Source: a virus (taxonomy: Duplodnaviria > Heunggongvirae > Uroviricota > Caudoviricetes). From it: 64,000 nt of DNA. The stretch spans positions 1 through 64,000 of IMG/VR virus record IMGVR_UViG_3300045049_000056. One strand, given 5' to 3'. Within the stretch, counting starts at the first letter, position 1. Each line of letters opens with the position of its first letter. A program made the translations under genes and the position numbers. Below are positions 17,344-26,465 of the stretch, one piece after another. Under the pieces are notes generated by a model, which ran no database searches, was not told the DNA's origin, and saw only the letters and a program-made list of their open reading frames with translations.

Positions 17344-17651
17344 TGTATTATTTCATGTTCAGCAGTGGCAGCTATTCAGATTACTCTGTTGGCGGTTTGT
17401 ACGTGTGCGATCATGAAGTTACTGAGAAAGAGTGGGGCGATTTCTATAACGCGTGGCAAGCTGAGTTGAATGGTCTTCGGGAATTATTGTATCAAAAACT
17501 GGGTTACTCTTACCATCATGTTCCGGGATATCGGAGCGATGAAACGTTTCTAGCTGTCGAAGAGTTTAAAAAGCATGACCCTGAAACACTTTTTCAAGTG
17601 ATGCACAACATGGTAGAAGTTCCTGTTACAGAAATGTGGAGGGATTGCTGA
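17343..17651 (+). CDS. hypothetical protein (102 aa)
   Basis: ATG start overlapping the upstream stop. Confidence 0.5.
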   Translation: MYYFMFSSGSYSDYSVGGLYVCDHEVTEKEWGDFYNAWQAELNGLRELLYQKLGYSYHHVPGYRSDETFLAVEEFKKHDPETLFQVMHNMVEVPVTEMWRDC

Positions 17652-17860
17652 TGGAAAAACTCTTGTGGGCAGTGTTGGCAGCAATGTTAATCTTTCTGGG
17701 GTTTGTCGCTTGGGATGATTATCATGCCGATAAGTATGAAATCCGTAAAGATGAGTGGTCGTGTACACAGCATAAAACGGTGCCGTCGTTTATGTTTGTT
17801 GGTAAGGTTATGGTGCCGACGAGTCGTCAGGAGTGTGTTGCTTATGAGAGGAAAATGTGA
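17651..17860 (+). CDS. small membrane protein (69 aa)
   Basis: GGAGGGATTGCTG then ATG. N-terminal TM. Confidence 0.5.
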   Translation: MEKLLWAVLAAMLIFLGFVAWDDYHADKYEIRKDEWSCTQHKTVPSFMFVGKVMVPTSRQECVAYERKM

Positions 17861-18105
17861 TGGCAAGCGTGAACATTTCTAAGTGGGACATTGCTCAGGC
17901 GTTTGGGTTGGAGTTTGTTGAAACGCAACGAGACAACAGCTATAACAAGTACTACATATACAAGATTCACGGAGTAAATGTGAGGGTTTCTGACGATAGT
18001 GCTTGGGATCAGGATATGGCCAATGAAGAAGCGGCTGAGCAAGTGCTTGATATGATTGCCAAGAATGCTCTAAGGGCTGAAGGATACGCAGTTCCGGTTA
18101 AATAA
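17857..18105 (+). CDS. hypothetical protein (82 aa)
   Basis: GAGAGGAAAA RBS. Confidence 0.5.
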   Translation: MMASVNISKWDIAQAFGLEFVETQRDNSYNKYYIYKIHGVNVRVSDDSAWDQDMANEEAAEQVLDMIAKNALRAEGYAVPVK

Positions 18106-18115
18106 GGGAGGTTGT

Positions 18116-20056
18116 GTGGGTGTATTTGCAGCAGACATTGAAACTTCGGGACTACTGGAGCAGATGCAGAAGCAGGCCAATCCGAGGCTGCACAACATCT
18201 GCGCAATCGACATTGATTCACCCCTGACGATTCTTATCGAAGGGCACGAGCGGGACAAGGTGCAGGCGTTCTTGGACGAGGGCCACACCCTCATTATGCA
18301 CAATGGCAAGCTGTTCGATATGGAAGCTCTTAAGCTTCTTGGCTACGATGTGTCCAAAGTAAACCTTATTGATTCTTTGCCGCTTAGCTGGTATCTTGAG
18401 CCAAATCGCATGAAGCACGGCTTGGCAGAGTATGGCGAAGAATTTGGCGTACCGAAGCCTGAGATTGAGGATTGGGAAAACCAAACACAGGAAGAGTATA
18501 ACCATCGTGTGACAGAAGACTGCAAGATTCAGAAGAAGTTGTGGCAACGTCAAGTGGCGAAGTTGAATGTGTTGTATGGTAAAGAGCCTGATGCACACAA
18601 GAAGATTATCGCCTACCTGATGCAGAAGATGGAGGAGTTTCGACAGCAGCAGGAAAACCGCTGGAAGCTGGATGTAGAGGGTGCCATCAAGTTGCAGGAA
18701 GAACTTGAAGCAGCGATTATTGAGAAGACAGAGGCACTTCGTCAGGTGATGCCGAAGGTTGCTGAGTATGTTGTACGGAAACGTCCTAGTGCACCGTTTA
18801 AGAAGAATGGCGAGCTTTCTGAGGCTGGTAAACGTTGGAAGGAAGTGACGGAAGCTGCAGGGTTGCCATTTGAGCACAAGGAAGATATCAAAGTCGTAAA
18901 GGAATGGAAGGAAGGTAACCCCGCTTCGCATACACAGATTAAAGCTTGGCTAGATTCATTGGGTTGGGAGCCAATCACCTTCAAGTTTGTTCGCGGTGAG
19001 AATGGTGAGCCTGACAGGAATATTCCTCAGATCAATCTTAAGGGCGGTGAGATTTGCCAGAGCGTGAAAGACTTGATTCCTAAGTGTGCAGGTATCGAGC
19101 ACATTGCAGGCTTGGGTATCCTCAACCACCGTGTCAGTGTTGTGAAGGGGTTCCTGCGGGATCATATTGATGGTGAAGTGACGGCACGAATGCAGGGATT
19201 GACGAACACGCTTCGTTGCCAACATCGCGAAATTGTTAATCTGCCAAGCTTGCGGGTTAAGTACGGCGAAGAATTGCGTGGGCTGCTAATGGCACGACCC
19301 GGTACAAAGTTGCTTGGTAGCGATCTTAGCAGCCTCGAAGACAGACTCAAACATCATTTCCAGTGGAAGCTTGATCCAGAGTACGTCAAATCGCAAATGA
19401 CGAAGGGCTTCGACCCGCACAACACAATTGCTGTGATTGCAGGGCTGATGTCGCAGGAAGATGCCGATTGGTATGCACACTACAAAAGCCTGCCGGACAG
19501 TGAACATACTGCGGAGAATGATAAGAAGTTTAAGAGGATTGATGAAATTCGTGCTGTTGGTAAGTCCACTAACTATGCATGTCAGTATGGGGCTGGTGTC
19601 GCCACGATTGCTAGAACAGCTAAAGTGAATCAATCAGTGGCGAAAAAGCTGCACGCTGCTTATCACAAGATGAATTGGTCCATTGCAAAGATTGCTAGTA
19701 TGATGGTTGTCAAGAAAACTGACTTCGGTGATTGGCAGATCAATCCTATCAATAAGATGTGGTATTCGTTACGTTCGGATAAGGATCGATTTTCTACACT
19801 GATTCAAGGTACGGGGGCATACATTCTCGACTTGTGGCTGTTCCACGCGGAGAGGCTTGCAAGGCAGCGAGGATTGAATTGGAAACTGTTGGGGCAGATG
19901 CACGACGAGCTTATCGCAGAGGTGCCGATTGGTGAAGAAGAGGTTTACCGTGCGCTTGTGGCAGATGCGATGACGAAAGTGAATGAGCAGTTGAAACTAA
20001 ACCGAGAGCTTGCGTGCGACATCAAATTCGGCGATAGGTATAGTGACATCCACTAA
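18116..20056 (+). CDS. family A (T7-like) DNA polymerase with 3'-5' exonuclease domain
   Basis: Exo I AADIETSG. Exo II MHNGKLFD. Motif A GSDLSSLEDR. Motif B RAVGKSTNYACQYG. Motif C QMHDEL. GTG start after AAGGGAGG. Confidence 0.9.
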   Translation: MGVFAADIETSGLLEQMQKQANPRLHNICAIDIDSPLTILIEGHERDKVQAFLDEGHTLIMHNGKLFDMEALKLLGYDVSKVNLIDSLPLSWYLEPNRMKHGLAEYGEEFGVPKPEIEDWENQTQEEYNHRVTEDCKIQKKLWQRQVAKLNVLYGKEPDAHKKIIAYLMQKMEEFRQQQENRWKLDVEGAIKLQEELEAAIIEKTEALRQVMPKVAEYVVRKRPSAPFKKNGELSEAGKRWKEVTEAAGLPFEHKEDIKVVKEWKEGNPASHTQIKAWLDSLGWEPITFKFVRGENGEPDRNIPQINLKGGEICQSVKDLIPKCAGIEHIAGLGILNHRVSVVKGFLRDHIDGEVTARMQGLTNTLRCQHREIVNLPSLRVKYGEELRGLLMARPGTKLLGSDLSSLEDRLKHHFQWKLDPEYVKSQMTKGFDPHNTIAVIAGLMSQEDADWYAHYKSLPDSEHTAENDKKFKRIDEIRAVGKSTNYACQYGAGVATIARTAKVNQSVAKKLHAAYHKMNWSIAKIASMMVVKKTDFGDWQINPINKMWYSLRSDKDRFSTLIQGTGAYILDLWLFHAERLARQRGLNWKLLGQMHDELIAEVPIGEEEVYRALVADAMTKVNEQLKLNRELACDIKFGDRYSDIH

Positions 20057-20057
20057 T

Positions 20058-20210
20058 ATGCAACTTAAAATCACCCTAACCCTAGACGACATCGACTCTG
20101 GATGCCTCACAGACGGCCAATACGTCTACACGAAGAGTTTCATCGAAAACAAGCTGCGAGAAATTGCGGATGGGCTTGAAGCGAGTATTGTGACAATGGA
20201 GATACAATGA
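20058..20210 (+). CDS. small protein (50 aa)
   Basis: ATG 2 nt after the polymerase stop. The track ORF 20010.. overlaps the polymerase. Confidence 0.4.
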   Translation: MQLKITLTLDDIDSGCLTDGQYVYTKSFIENKLREIADGLEASIVTMEIQ

Positions 20211-20512
20211 AAATGGCAATGCACGTTCGACATACGGTTCCATCGTGGCTCTACGAGAATGTTGACGATATTGTGCTCCGTGTGCACCAAGTCGAAGCAT
20301 TCATGCACAAGACCACATGGGTTGCCAATGATTTACAAGTCAATGTAACAAACAAGATGTTTGCTGATATTAAGATGGATAAGAAGTTTAGTCAGATGTA
20401 TCAGTTCTACGTGAAAGACCTTGATGCTGTGTACGAGGAAGAACACCCTAGCTTAAAAGGTAAGCAGTGGCTCAAGATTTCTAGGACGTTATTTATTGTG
20501 GAGGACAAATGA
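20207..20512 (+). CDS. hypothetical protein (101 aa)
   Basis: ATGA overlap. Confidence 0.5.
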   Translation: MKMAMHVRHTVPSWLYENVDDIVLRVHQVEAFMHKTTWVANDLQVNVTNKMFADIKMDKKFSQMYQFYVKDLDAVYEEEHPSLKGKQWLKISRTLFIVEDK

Positions 20513-20579
20513 CGGACTACGTTTGGAACGGAACTAAATGGCAACGTGTGCCTGAGAGGTATTTTACAGACAAGGAGGA

Positions 20580-20825
20580 ATGATGAAAGTTTATGTTGTG
20601 ACACGTTCCGGCGTTTATGATCGAGGATGCGGTGGTGTGTTTTCATCGTTCTACAACGCACAATGCGCTGCCAATCATTTTCTTGCAATGGAACCGGACA
20701 GGTATCATGACTACGCTATTAGTGAGTTTGAACTTGACAACTTGACCGATTTTGATCCTCTCGGTTGGGGATCGATGGAAGATGCTACGCATATTGTAAC
20801 AAGAATGCATAAGGAGAAAACATGA
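20580..20825 (+). CDS. hypothetical protein (81 aa)
   Basis: AAGGAGGAATG RBS. Confidence 0.5.
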   Translation: MMKVYVVTRSGVYDRGCGGVFSSFYNAQCAANHFLAMEPDRYHDYAISEFELDNLTDFDPLGWGSMEDATHIVTRMHKEKT

Positions 20826-21034
20826 AAGTTAAAGAGCTTATCGAAGCACTGAAGAAATTTGACGGCAATCTTGAAGTGTACGGCTATTGCGATCATGGGC
20901 AGAGTCCTGAGAAGGTATCTGGACCAAGCTACATTTACACCGATAGTACAGGCCATTGTCTGTGGGATGAGTGGACGAGTGATGGGTTTGATGCCGAAGA
21001 TATCGGTTACACCGTAACTGCTGTGATTCTGTGA
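20822..21034 (+). CDS. hypothetical protein (70 aa)
   Basis: ATGA overlap. Confidence 0.5.
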   Translation: MKVKELIEALKKFDGNLEVYGYCDHGQSPEKVSGPSYIYTDSTGHCLWDEWTSDGFDAEDIGYTVTAVIL

Positions 21035-21038
21035 GAAA

Positions 21039-21206
21039 ATGATGAATTGCCCAAATTGTAAACGTCCACAGGGGCACTACTCAAACATAGAGTATAAATG
21101 CCTTGACACGGGAAAGTTGGTTAATCAGGATTACTGGTTTTGCCACTTCGATGCTTACAAAGTTTATGATGACGAAGAAGATTATTCGCCACAAACCAAC
21201 TCGTGA
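21039..21206 (+). CDS. putative zinc-ribbon protein (55 aa; CPNC...C...C.H)
   Basis: ATG at 21039. Four Cys/His in ribbon spacing. Overlaps a TTGACACGG promoter-like site and the next ORF. Confidence 0.35.
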   Translation: MMNCPNCKRPQGHYSNIEYKCLDTGKLVNQDYWFCHFDAYKVYDDEEDYSPQTNS

Positions 21207-21558
21207 GCAGAAAGCGGCCACACACCCAGCTTCAGACGACGATTATGCCCGCCTCGCAGCAGTTGTCGTAGAAGCCATCACGCTTAAGCACAAGGATATC
21301 GTTCTTAAGGTGCCTTACTTCATCATATTTGATGAGGGATTCCCAAAAGGCATCCTCGTGAAGCGTGATGCGCAATACAATTGGTACAGGGCGAAAGTGT
21401 TCAAGCTCGCCGACTATTTGCACTCTAAAGGCCATATGCCAGCAGATGCAAAGGGAACAGTGAAGAGTATGCGCGTGGTGAACAACTTGTGGGGCGAGAT
21501 TGATAGGCTTCTTATGAATCCTGAAAATCTTGTTGACACGGAGATAGATTTAGGGTAG
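21166..21558 (+). CDS. hypothetical protein (130 aa)
   Basis: The track ORF 21103 starts on the TTG of a TTGACA hexamer. The first ATG is 21166. Weak RBS. Confidence 0.4.
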   Translation: MMTKKIIRHKPTREQKAATHPASDDDYARLAAVVVEAITLKHKDIVLKVPYFIIFDEGFPKGILVKRDAQYNWYRAKVFKLADYLHSKGHMPADAKGTVKSMRVVNNLWGEIDRLLMNPENLVDTEIDLG

Positions 21559-21561
21559 AAT
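21533..21561 (+). promoter_or_regulatory. promoter, class A (TTGACACGGA-N-TAGAAT)
   Basis: TTGACA 21533-21538, 17-nt spacer, TAGAAT 21556-21561. Gene 21588 follows. Confidence 0.6.
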
Positions 21562-21587
21562 GACGTTTCTGAAATTGAGGAGAAAAA

Positions 21588-21860
21588 ATGACTGAAGAAG
21601 ATGTAGCAAAGAAAAAGTGGAATGCGCAAGCAGACCAGTACAACCAGTGGGACGAACTCGGTAAGGATGAGAAAGACGAATTGATTGCAAAAGAAACGAC
21701 AGCTAAGCAACCTACCATGACCCTAGACGAAGTGCTGCAAGAAATCGCTCGTCTGCAATCTGTCATCGCTCGCTCTGAAGACGATGCGCTTGAGAGCCGT
21801 GAAGCGTTGCAGAAGATGTATGATTTGCGGGATAAGATGTCTGAGCTTGATAATGAATGA
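21588..21860 (+). CDS. hypothetical coiled-coil protein (90 aa)
   Basis: GAGGAGAAAAA then ATG. Confidence 0.55.
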   Translation: MTEEDVAKKKWNAQADQYNQWDELGKDEKDELIAKETTAKQPTMTLDEVLQEIARLQSVIARSEDDALESREALQKMYDLRDKMSELDNE

Positions 21861-21940
21861 GCTAGCCTACCAATGGATGATTATCAAGATCGGGTTTATT
21901 TTACTGTGGAGGGACATATGCGACCAGACGGGAGTGATTC

Positions 21941-22192
21941 TTGATCTTTTCAGAACCAAGTAAGAATTTCCACACTCGACGAATTAACTTTCGTGGCGTG
22001 GATTTAGATGTAGAGTTTCGATTCTACGAAGCCATTCCTGAATCATCTGACGAGCCACCTAGTCCTGAAGAGATTATTATCGAAGCTGTGTTTGTTGACG
22101 ATATTGAGATTAGTAATCTTCTTGGGATTAAGACGTTCAATGAGATTGAGCAAGAATTGTTGAAGATGTATGACAAAAAGGAGGATGTGTGA
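21941..22192 (+). CDS. hypothetical acidic protein (83 aa)
   Basis: TTG start after GGGAG. No in-frame ATG is available. Confidence 0.4.
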   Translation: MIFSEPSKNFHTRRINFRGVDLDVEFRFYEAIPESSDEPPSPEEIIIEAVFVDDIEISNLLGIKTFNEIEQELLKMYDKKEDV

Positions 22193-22491
22193 AGAAAGAG
22201 AAAAAGAGTTTGGCAACAGCAGTTGGTAACTTTGTATTGGGCCTTGTGGCAACAGGATTTAACGCATGGGCAGTCACGCTGTTATGGACTTGGTTCGCTG
22301 TAGCGACGTTTGGGCTTCCGGCGTTATCAATTGTTGCAGTGTTTGGTCTTGAGATTCTTCTGAAGACATTTGCATTCAACCCGTACACGTTTAAACCATC
22401 GGAGAAAGACTCTGCAACAGCATCTTGTGAACTGATTGGTGTGACGGCTTTTGCTCTGCTGGCAGGTTATCTGCTGCACCTGATGATGTGA
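22189..22491 (+). CDS. membrane protein (100 aa)
   Basis: AGGAGG then GTG. Three hydrophobic helices. Confidence 0.5.
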   Translation: MKKEKKSLATAVGNFVLGLVATGFNAWAVTLLWTWFAVATFGLPALSIVAVFGLEILLKTFAFNPYTFKPSEKDSATASCELIGVTAFALLAGYLLHLMM

Positions 22492-22498
22492 GGAATTG

Positions 22499-22702
22499 AT
22501 GATTATTTTCTATATCGTAAGCTGTCTGCTGTGCTTGGCACTCATTCTGTGCAACCTGCATTTTGCAGATAACAAGCTTAAAGGGTGGCAGATTGTTAGC
22601 ACGCTGGTTGTCTCGTTTATCCCGTTCGTGAATACGATGTTTATCATTCTTGTGCTGTTCGTAGCTGCGCGAATGGTTGCGGATGAGGGGAAGAAAACGT
22701 AG
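22499..22702 (+). CDS. small membrane protein (67 aa)
   Basis: GAGGAA then ATG at 22499. Two TM helices. Confidence 0.5.
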   Translation: MIIFYIVSCLLCLALILCNLHFADNKLKGWQIVSTLVVSFIPFVNTMFIILVLFVAARMVADEGKKT

Positions 22703-22769
22703 TCAGTGCGTTTCACTGACAAAGCCCGCGCTGGCTCTGCGCATAACATTTTAATCTAAAGGAAATTAT

Positions 22770-23792
22770 ATGTCGTTTAAACCACGTAATGATCGTCAAG
22801 CTAATACTGAAAACACCGAGCGTAAAGAGTTTGTGCCCATCGTGCCGGAAGATGGCCTGCAAGCAGTACAAGTCGGTATGCTGGTTGATCTTGGCAAGCA
22901 CAAGAAACATCCGAAGTTTGCGACTCAAAATGGCAAGCGTGAAAAGGATGAGAACGGTGATGACAAGATTCTGTGGCCTGTTGAGGGTAAAGACCTTGAG
23001 CAAAAGGTTGCTGTCTACATCGACCTGCTGACGCAACAGCACGACTACGAAGGTGAGATTGGCGTCCGCAACATCCGTCTGCCGCTGCACCAAGTTAATC
23101 GTGGAATGAGTGAAGGTGTTAACTTTACGACCGTTGCGCCGCGCGATCCTGATGGCAACTACATCAAAGGTAAACCGTGGTCGCTCGCTCCTGCAAGCCA
23201 ATGGAAGAAGATTGCCGACGCTACGAAGCAAGACAAAATCTTTGAAGCGGACTACAAGAATAAGGACCATAACAATATTGGTCTGCTGCTTGGCAAGCCC
23301 TTCATGATTAACGTCGAAGTGACGAAGACGGAGAAGGATGGCAAGACGTACGTGAATACGAAGCTCAAGTCTCCCGTACCTACGATGCGTGGCATGGCTG
23401 TGCCAGATGCTCTGCAAGCTGCTGTGTCGATCAACTTTGATGACACTGATCTTCTGGAAGTGAAAGAAGAACTTGGTGGTATTGCTAAGATCGATCTGCT
23501 GCGTATGGCTGACATCCGTAAGATTGTTCTGGCTGACGATTATCAAGGCAGCGAAATTCAGAAGGCAATTCGCGAGCGACACGATGAAGAAGACATCATC
23601 AAGTACGCCAAGGAAGTGTACGCGAAGATTGTTGAGAATGATCGCGATCTTAAAGAGATTCGTGAGAAGTTCCCGAACGGCAAGCCGCAAGAAGGGGAAG
23701 CTGCTCAAGAGACTAAGCCTGCTGCAAAGCAAGCAACTCCGAAGAAGCCCGCTCCTGCTGGCGACGACGCAGACTTCGACTGTCCTTTTTAG
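22770..23792 (+). CDS. putative ssDNA-binding protein (gp2.5-like) with acidic C-terminal tail ending in Phe
   Basis: Lies in the replication module upstream of the exonuclease. C-terminus ...AGDDADFDCPF resembles the SSB/gp2.5 acidic tail. The body was not recognised by motif. Confidence 0.45.
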   Translation: MSFKPRNDRQANTENTERKEFVPIVPEDGLQAVQVGMLVDLGKHKKHPKFATQNGKREKDENGDDKILWPVEGKDLEQKVAVYIDLLTQQHDYEGEIGVRNIRLPLHQVNRGMSEGVNFTTVAPRDPDGNYIKGKPWSLAPASQWKKIADATKQDKIFEADYKNKDHNNIGLLLGKPFMINVEVTKTEKDGKTYVNTKLKSPVPTMRGMAVPDALQAAVSINFDDTDLLEVKEELGGIAKIDLLRMADIRKIVLADDYQGSEIQKAIRERHDEEDIIKYAKEVYAKIVENDRDLKEIREKFPNGKPQEGEAAQETKPAAKQATPKKPAPAGDDADFDCPF

Positions 23793-23818
23793 TCTTAATT
23801 TGATGTAGCGTGATCTAC

Positions 23819-23850
23819 GCCCTGCTCCGCAAGGGGCGGGGCATTTTGTT
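23819..23850 (+). terminator. intrinsic terminator (10-bp stem, GCAA tetraloop, U-tract)
   Basis: GCCCUGCUCC-GCAA-GGGGCGGGGC then AUUUUGUUU, directly after gene 22770..23792. Confidence 0.6.
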
Positions 23851-23869
23851 TACCAAGGAGAGAAAACTA

Positions 23870-24640
23870 ATGCAGCATAAGAAAGAATTGGAACTAATCA
23901 AACAAGCAGCAGGCGGGTTCCTACCGAAGGGTGCATTTATTGCAGGCGGTGCTCTGACTAGCGCTTTCACCAGTGCGCCAATTAACGACGTTGATTTTTA
24001 TTTCAAGTCTGAGCAAGCATTCATCGAAGCTGTAGCTGACGCCTACGACAGCAATCTTTGGTGCCTTGCTGCGACAGATAGGGCTATCACTTTTGCAGAT
24101 CGTGACAAAGTTATCCAGCTTATGCATTTCGACTTCTTTGAGTCTGCTGAAGCTGTGTTCGATGCTTTTGACTATACTGTAGTCATGGCTGCATATGACA
24201 TCGACAAGGAAGATTTTGTTTTCCATGAGGATTTCTTCAAGCATGCTGCACAGCGTTTTCTCCGCTTCCACAGTGGTACGCGCTACCCTTATGGTTCACT
24301 GATGCGCTTGCTGAAGTATCAAGATCGTGGATATAAGATTGGTAAGAGTGACCTGCTTCGTATTGGCCTTGCTTGCCAACGTGTAGAGCTGAATTCTTGG
24401 GACGATTTAGCTAAGGCTATTGGTGGACAATATGGTGAGAAAGCCAATATTGAAGCTAAAGATACTCCGTTCAGCATTGATGCTGCGCTTGATCTTTTCA
24501 AAGATGCTGAGATTACTGTGGCTTCCGCAGCAGAAGAAATGCCAAACAACGCATATGATTTGCTGAAGAAAGTTGGAATCGATTATCCTGAGTGGGAAAA
24601 TGAAACTCGTCCGCATGGGCCGAAAGGATGGTGGGATTGA
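23870..24640 (+). CDS. putative Pol-beta-superfamily nucleotidyltransferase-like protein (256 aa)
   Basis: AAGGAGAG then ATG at 23870. The track ORF's GTG 23810 lies inside the terminator. Motif hGG-x13-DVDF fits the hG[GS]...[DE]h[DE]h NTase signature. Weak. Confidence 0.4.
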   Translation: MQHKKELELIKQAAGGFLPKGAFIAGGALTSAFTSAPINDVDFYFKSEQAFIEAVADAYDSNLWCLAATDRAITFADRDKVIQLMHFDFFESAEAVFDAFDYTVVMAAYDIDKEDFVFHEDFFKHAAQRFLRFHSGTRYPYGSLMRLLKYQDRGYKIGKSDLLRIGLACQRVELNSWDDLAKAIGGQYGEKANIEAKDTPFSIDAALDLFKDAEITVASAAEEMPNNAYDLLKKVGIDYPEWENETRPHGPKGWWD

Positions 24641-25596
24641 TGACAGAGCGACTGACTGTGATTGACGGCGACCTACTCGCCTATCGTTGCGCAGCAGCAA
24701 CGGAAAAGCGGAGCGTCATCGCAACACATAAAGAAAATCTTACCGAGCTTGAATTTGATACTGTAACATTGTTCAAGGAGTGGGCGGGGGATGAGGCCAA
24801 TCAGTACGACTTGAAGCCTGTACAAACGCCGGAGCCGATTGCCAATACGATCTATGCAATGAAGCAAATGTTGGACATGTTATTGCGCAAGACAAAATGT
24901 GACACGTACCATATCGTTGTCTCTGGACCCAGCAATAGTAACTTTCGTAAGCACCTCCCGCTTCCCACACAGTACAAGAACAACCGCGTGGATGTTAGCA
25001 AGCCTATCAATCTTGAGGAAGCTAAGCAGTATCTTGTAGAGAAGCACAACGCAGAAGTTGCTGTTGGTGAGGCAGATGATTTGATCGCGGCCTACAAGTA
25101 CCAAGGATATAAAGCAAAACAATACGTCGTATCATCTACAATCGATAAGGACGACAACGGCACTCCGGGTTGGCAATTCAACTGGTTGCACATGGAAGAA
25201 CCTGAGTTTGTAGATGGGCTTGGCAAGTTGTATATCACTGAGAAAGACGATGTGAAAGGGTACGGGAGGTTGTTCGTCTATTTTCAAATGTTGTTCGGTG
25301 ATCCTGCTGACTGCTACAAACCGTCTGAGATTGCTAAGAAGAAGTTTGGTGAGAAGGGTGCGTATAAACTTCTTAGCAAGTGCGAGACGGACAAACAAGC
25401 TGTGCAAGCCGTGGTTGACCAGTACAGAAAATGGTATCCTGAGCCCGTCTATTACACTGCGTGGGATGGCAGTAGACACAAGAAAGATTGGATGGAAATC
25501 TGGCAAATGTATGCTGACTGTGTGCACATGCGGCGATGGGATGGTGATAGGCTGGATGTGAAGAAATTGTGTGAACGATTGGAGATTGAGGTATGA
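24640..25596 (+). CDS. 5'-3' exonuclease / flap endonuclease (T7 gp6-like)
   Basis: N-terminal LTVIDGDLLAYR and GEADDLIAAY match FEN/5'-3' exonuclease motifs. Confidence 0.75.
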   Translation: MTERLTVIDGDLLAYRCAAATEKRSVIATHKENLTELEFDTVTLFKEWAGDEANQYDLKPVQTPEPIANTIYAMKQMLDMLLRKTKCDTYHIVVSGPSNSNFRKHLPLPTQYKNNRVDVSKPINLEEAKQYLVEKHNAEVAVGEADDLIAAYKYQGYKAKQYVVSSTIDKDDNGTPGWQFNWLHMEEPEFVDGLGKLYITEKDDVKGYGRLFVYFQMLFGDPADCYKPSEIAKKKFGEKGAYKLLSKCETDKQAVQAVVDQYRKWYPEPVYYTAWDGSRHKKDWMEIWQMYADCVHMRRWDGDRLDVKKLCERLEIEV

Positions 25597-25784
25597 AACA
25601 CTATGACATGTTAGAAATCAGCAAAGAGCAGTTTGAAAAACTACTGGACTTGCACGCAATCAAAGATACGTTCAGGTTCTACAAGGACAATCCTAACATT
25701 CTTATTGAAGATGACTATCCTGATCTTTCTAATAAGCGCTGGATTAAGTATTCTGGCATTGTGTTTGTGGTGAAGGATGAGTAA
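25593..25784 (+). CDS. hypothetical protein (63 aa)
   Basis: ATGA overlap. Confidence 0.5.
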   Translation: MKHYDMLEISKEQFEKLLDLHAIKDTFRFYKDNPNILIEDDYPDLSNKRWIKYSGIVFVVKDE

Positions 25785-26271
25785 AAAGCCCATCAACTTC
25801 TACGTATGGCTTCGCTCAGGGCTGCGCAAGCTCTCACGCCGATGGCCTGCCGTATACGAAGCCCTCGCCGCCGCAAAAGTGCCCTACCAAGGGGAGAACA
25901 AGCGCCGCCAGTGGAGTTACAAATGTGCAGAGTGTGCACAGCTATTTGACAGTAAATCCGTAGCCGTGGATCATAAGATTCCTGCTGGACAGTTGGCTTG
26001 TAAGGAGGATGTTGCAGGGTTTGTGGAACGGCTTTTCTGCGATGCTTCCGGTTTGCAAGTGTTGTGCCATGATTGCCACGACCTTAAGACGCACATGGAG
26101 AAGACTGGACTCTCTCTAGAAGACGCCAAGATCGATAAAGAAGTTATCCGTCTGTTGCGCAAAGAAAACAAAGCAGAAATGATTGCACTACTTCAGCAAC
26201 ATGGTGTAGAATGTAAAAATGCTGACCAAAGACGGGAAGCACTGACACGAATCTTAAAGGAGAAGATGTGA
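25777..26271 (+). CDS. HNH endonuclease (classical HNH motif)
   Basis: VDHKIP...LQVLCHDCHDLKT plus Cys pairs (CAEC). Confidence 0.7.
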   Translation: MSKKPINFYVWLRSGLRKLSRRWPAVYEALAAAKVPYQGENKRRQWSYKCAECAQLFDSKSVAVDHKIPAGQLACKEDVAGFVERLFCDASGLQVLCHDCHDLKTHMEKTGLSLEDAKIDKEVIRLLRKENKAEMIALLQQHGVECKNADQRREALTRILKEKM

Positions 26272-26465
26272 ACTTTGAATTTGAAAACCAGATTGGAAAT
26301 GTTGAAGGTGTTTCAACTTGGCGTAACCGAGATTCTGAGTGGGGTATAAACGTGCATGACGATAGAGATGAGCCTTGTGAGTTCTTTCACGAAGACATCC
26401 CAAAACTCATCGCCGTCCTACAACAAGCTTACGAATACATTCAGCAACAAAAGGAGAAAGCATGA
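26268..26465 (+). CDS. hypothetical protein (65 aa)
   Basis: AAAGGAGAAG then GTG. Confidence 0.45.
   Translation: MNFEFENQIGNVEGVSTWRNRDSEWGINVHDDRDEPCEFFHEDIPKLIAVLQQAYEYIQQQKEKA

Noticed and set aside
21103-21165. TTG start at 21103 for the 151-aa track ORF
   Set aside because: The TTG is the first half of a TTGACA promoter-like hexamer. No SD. The first ATG at 21166 is preferred.
22713-23732. 339-aa minus-strand ORF
   Set aside because: Antisense shadow of the SSB-like gene, inside the rightward operon. Leu/Arg-rich.
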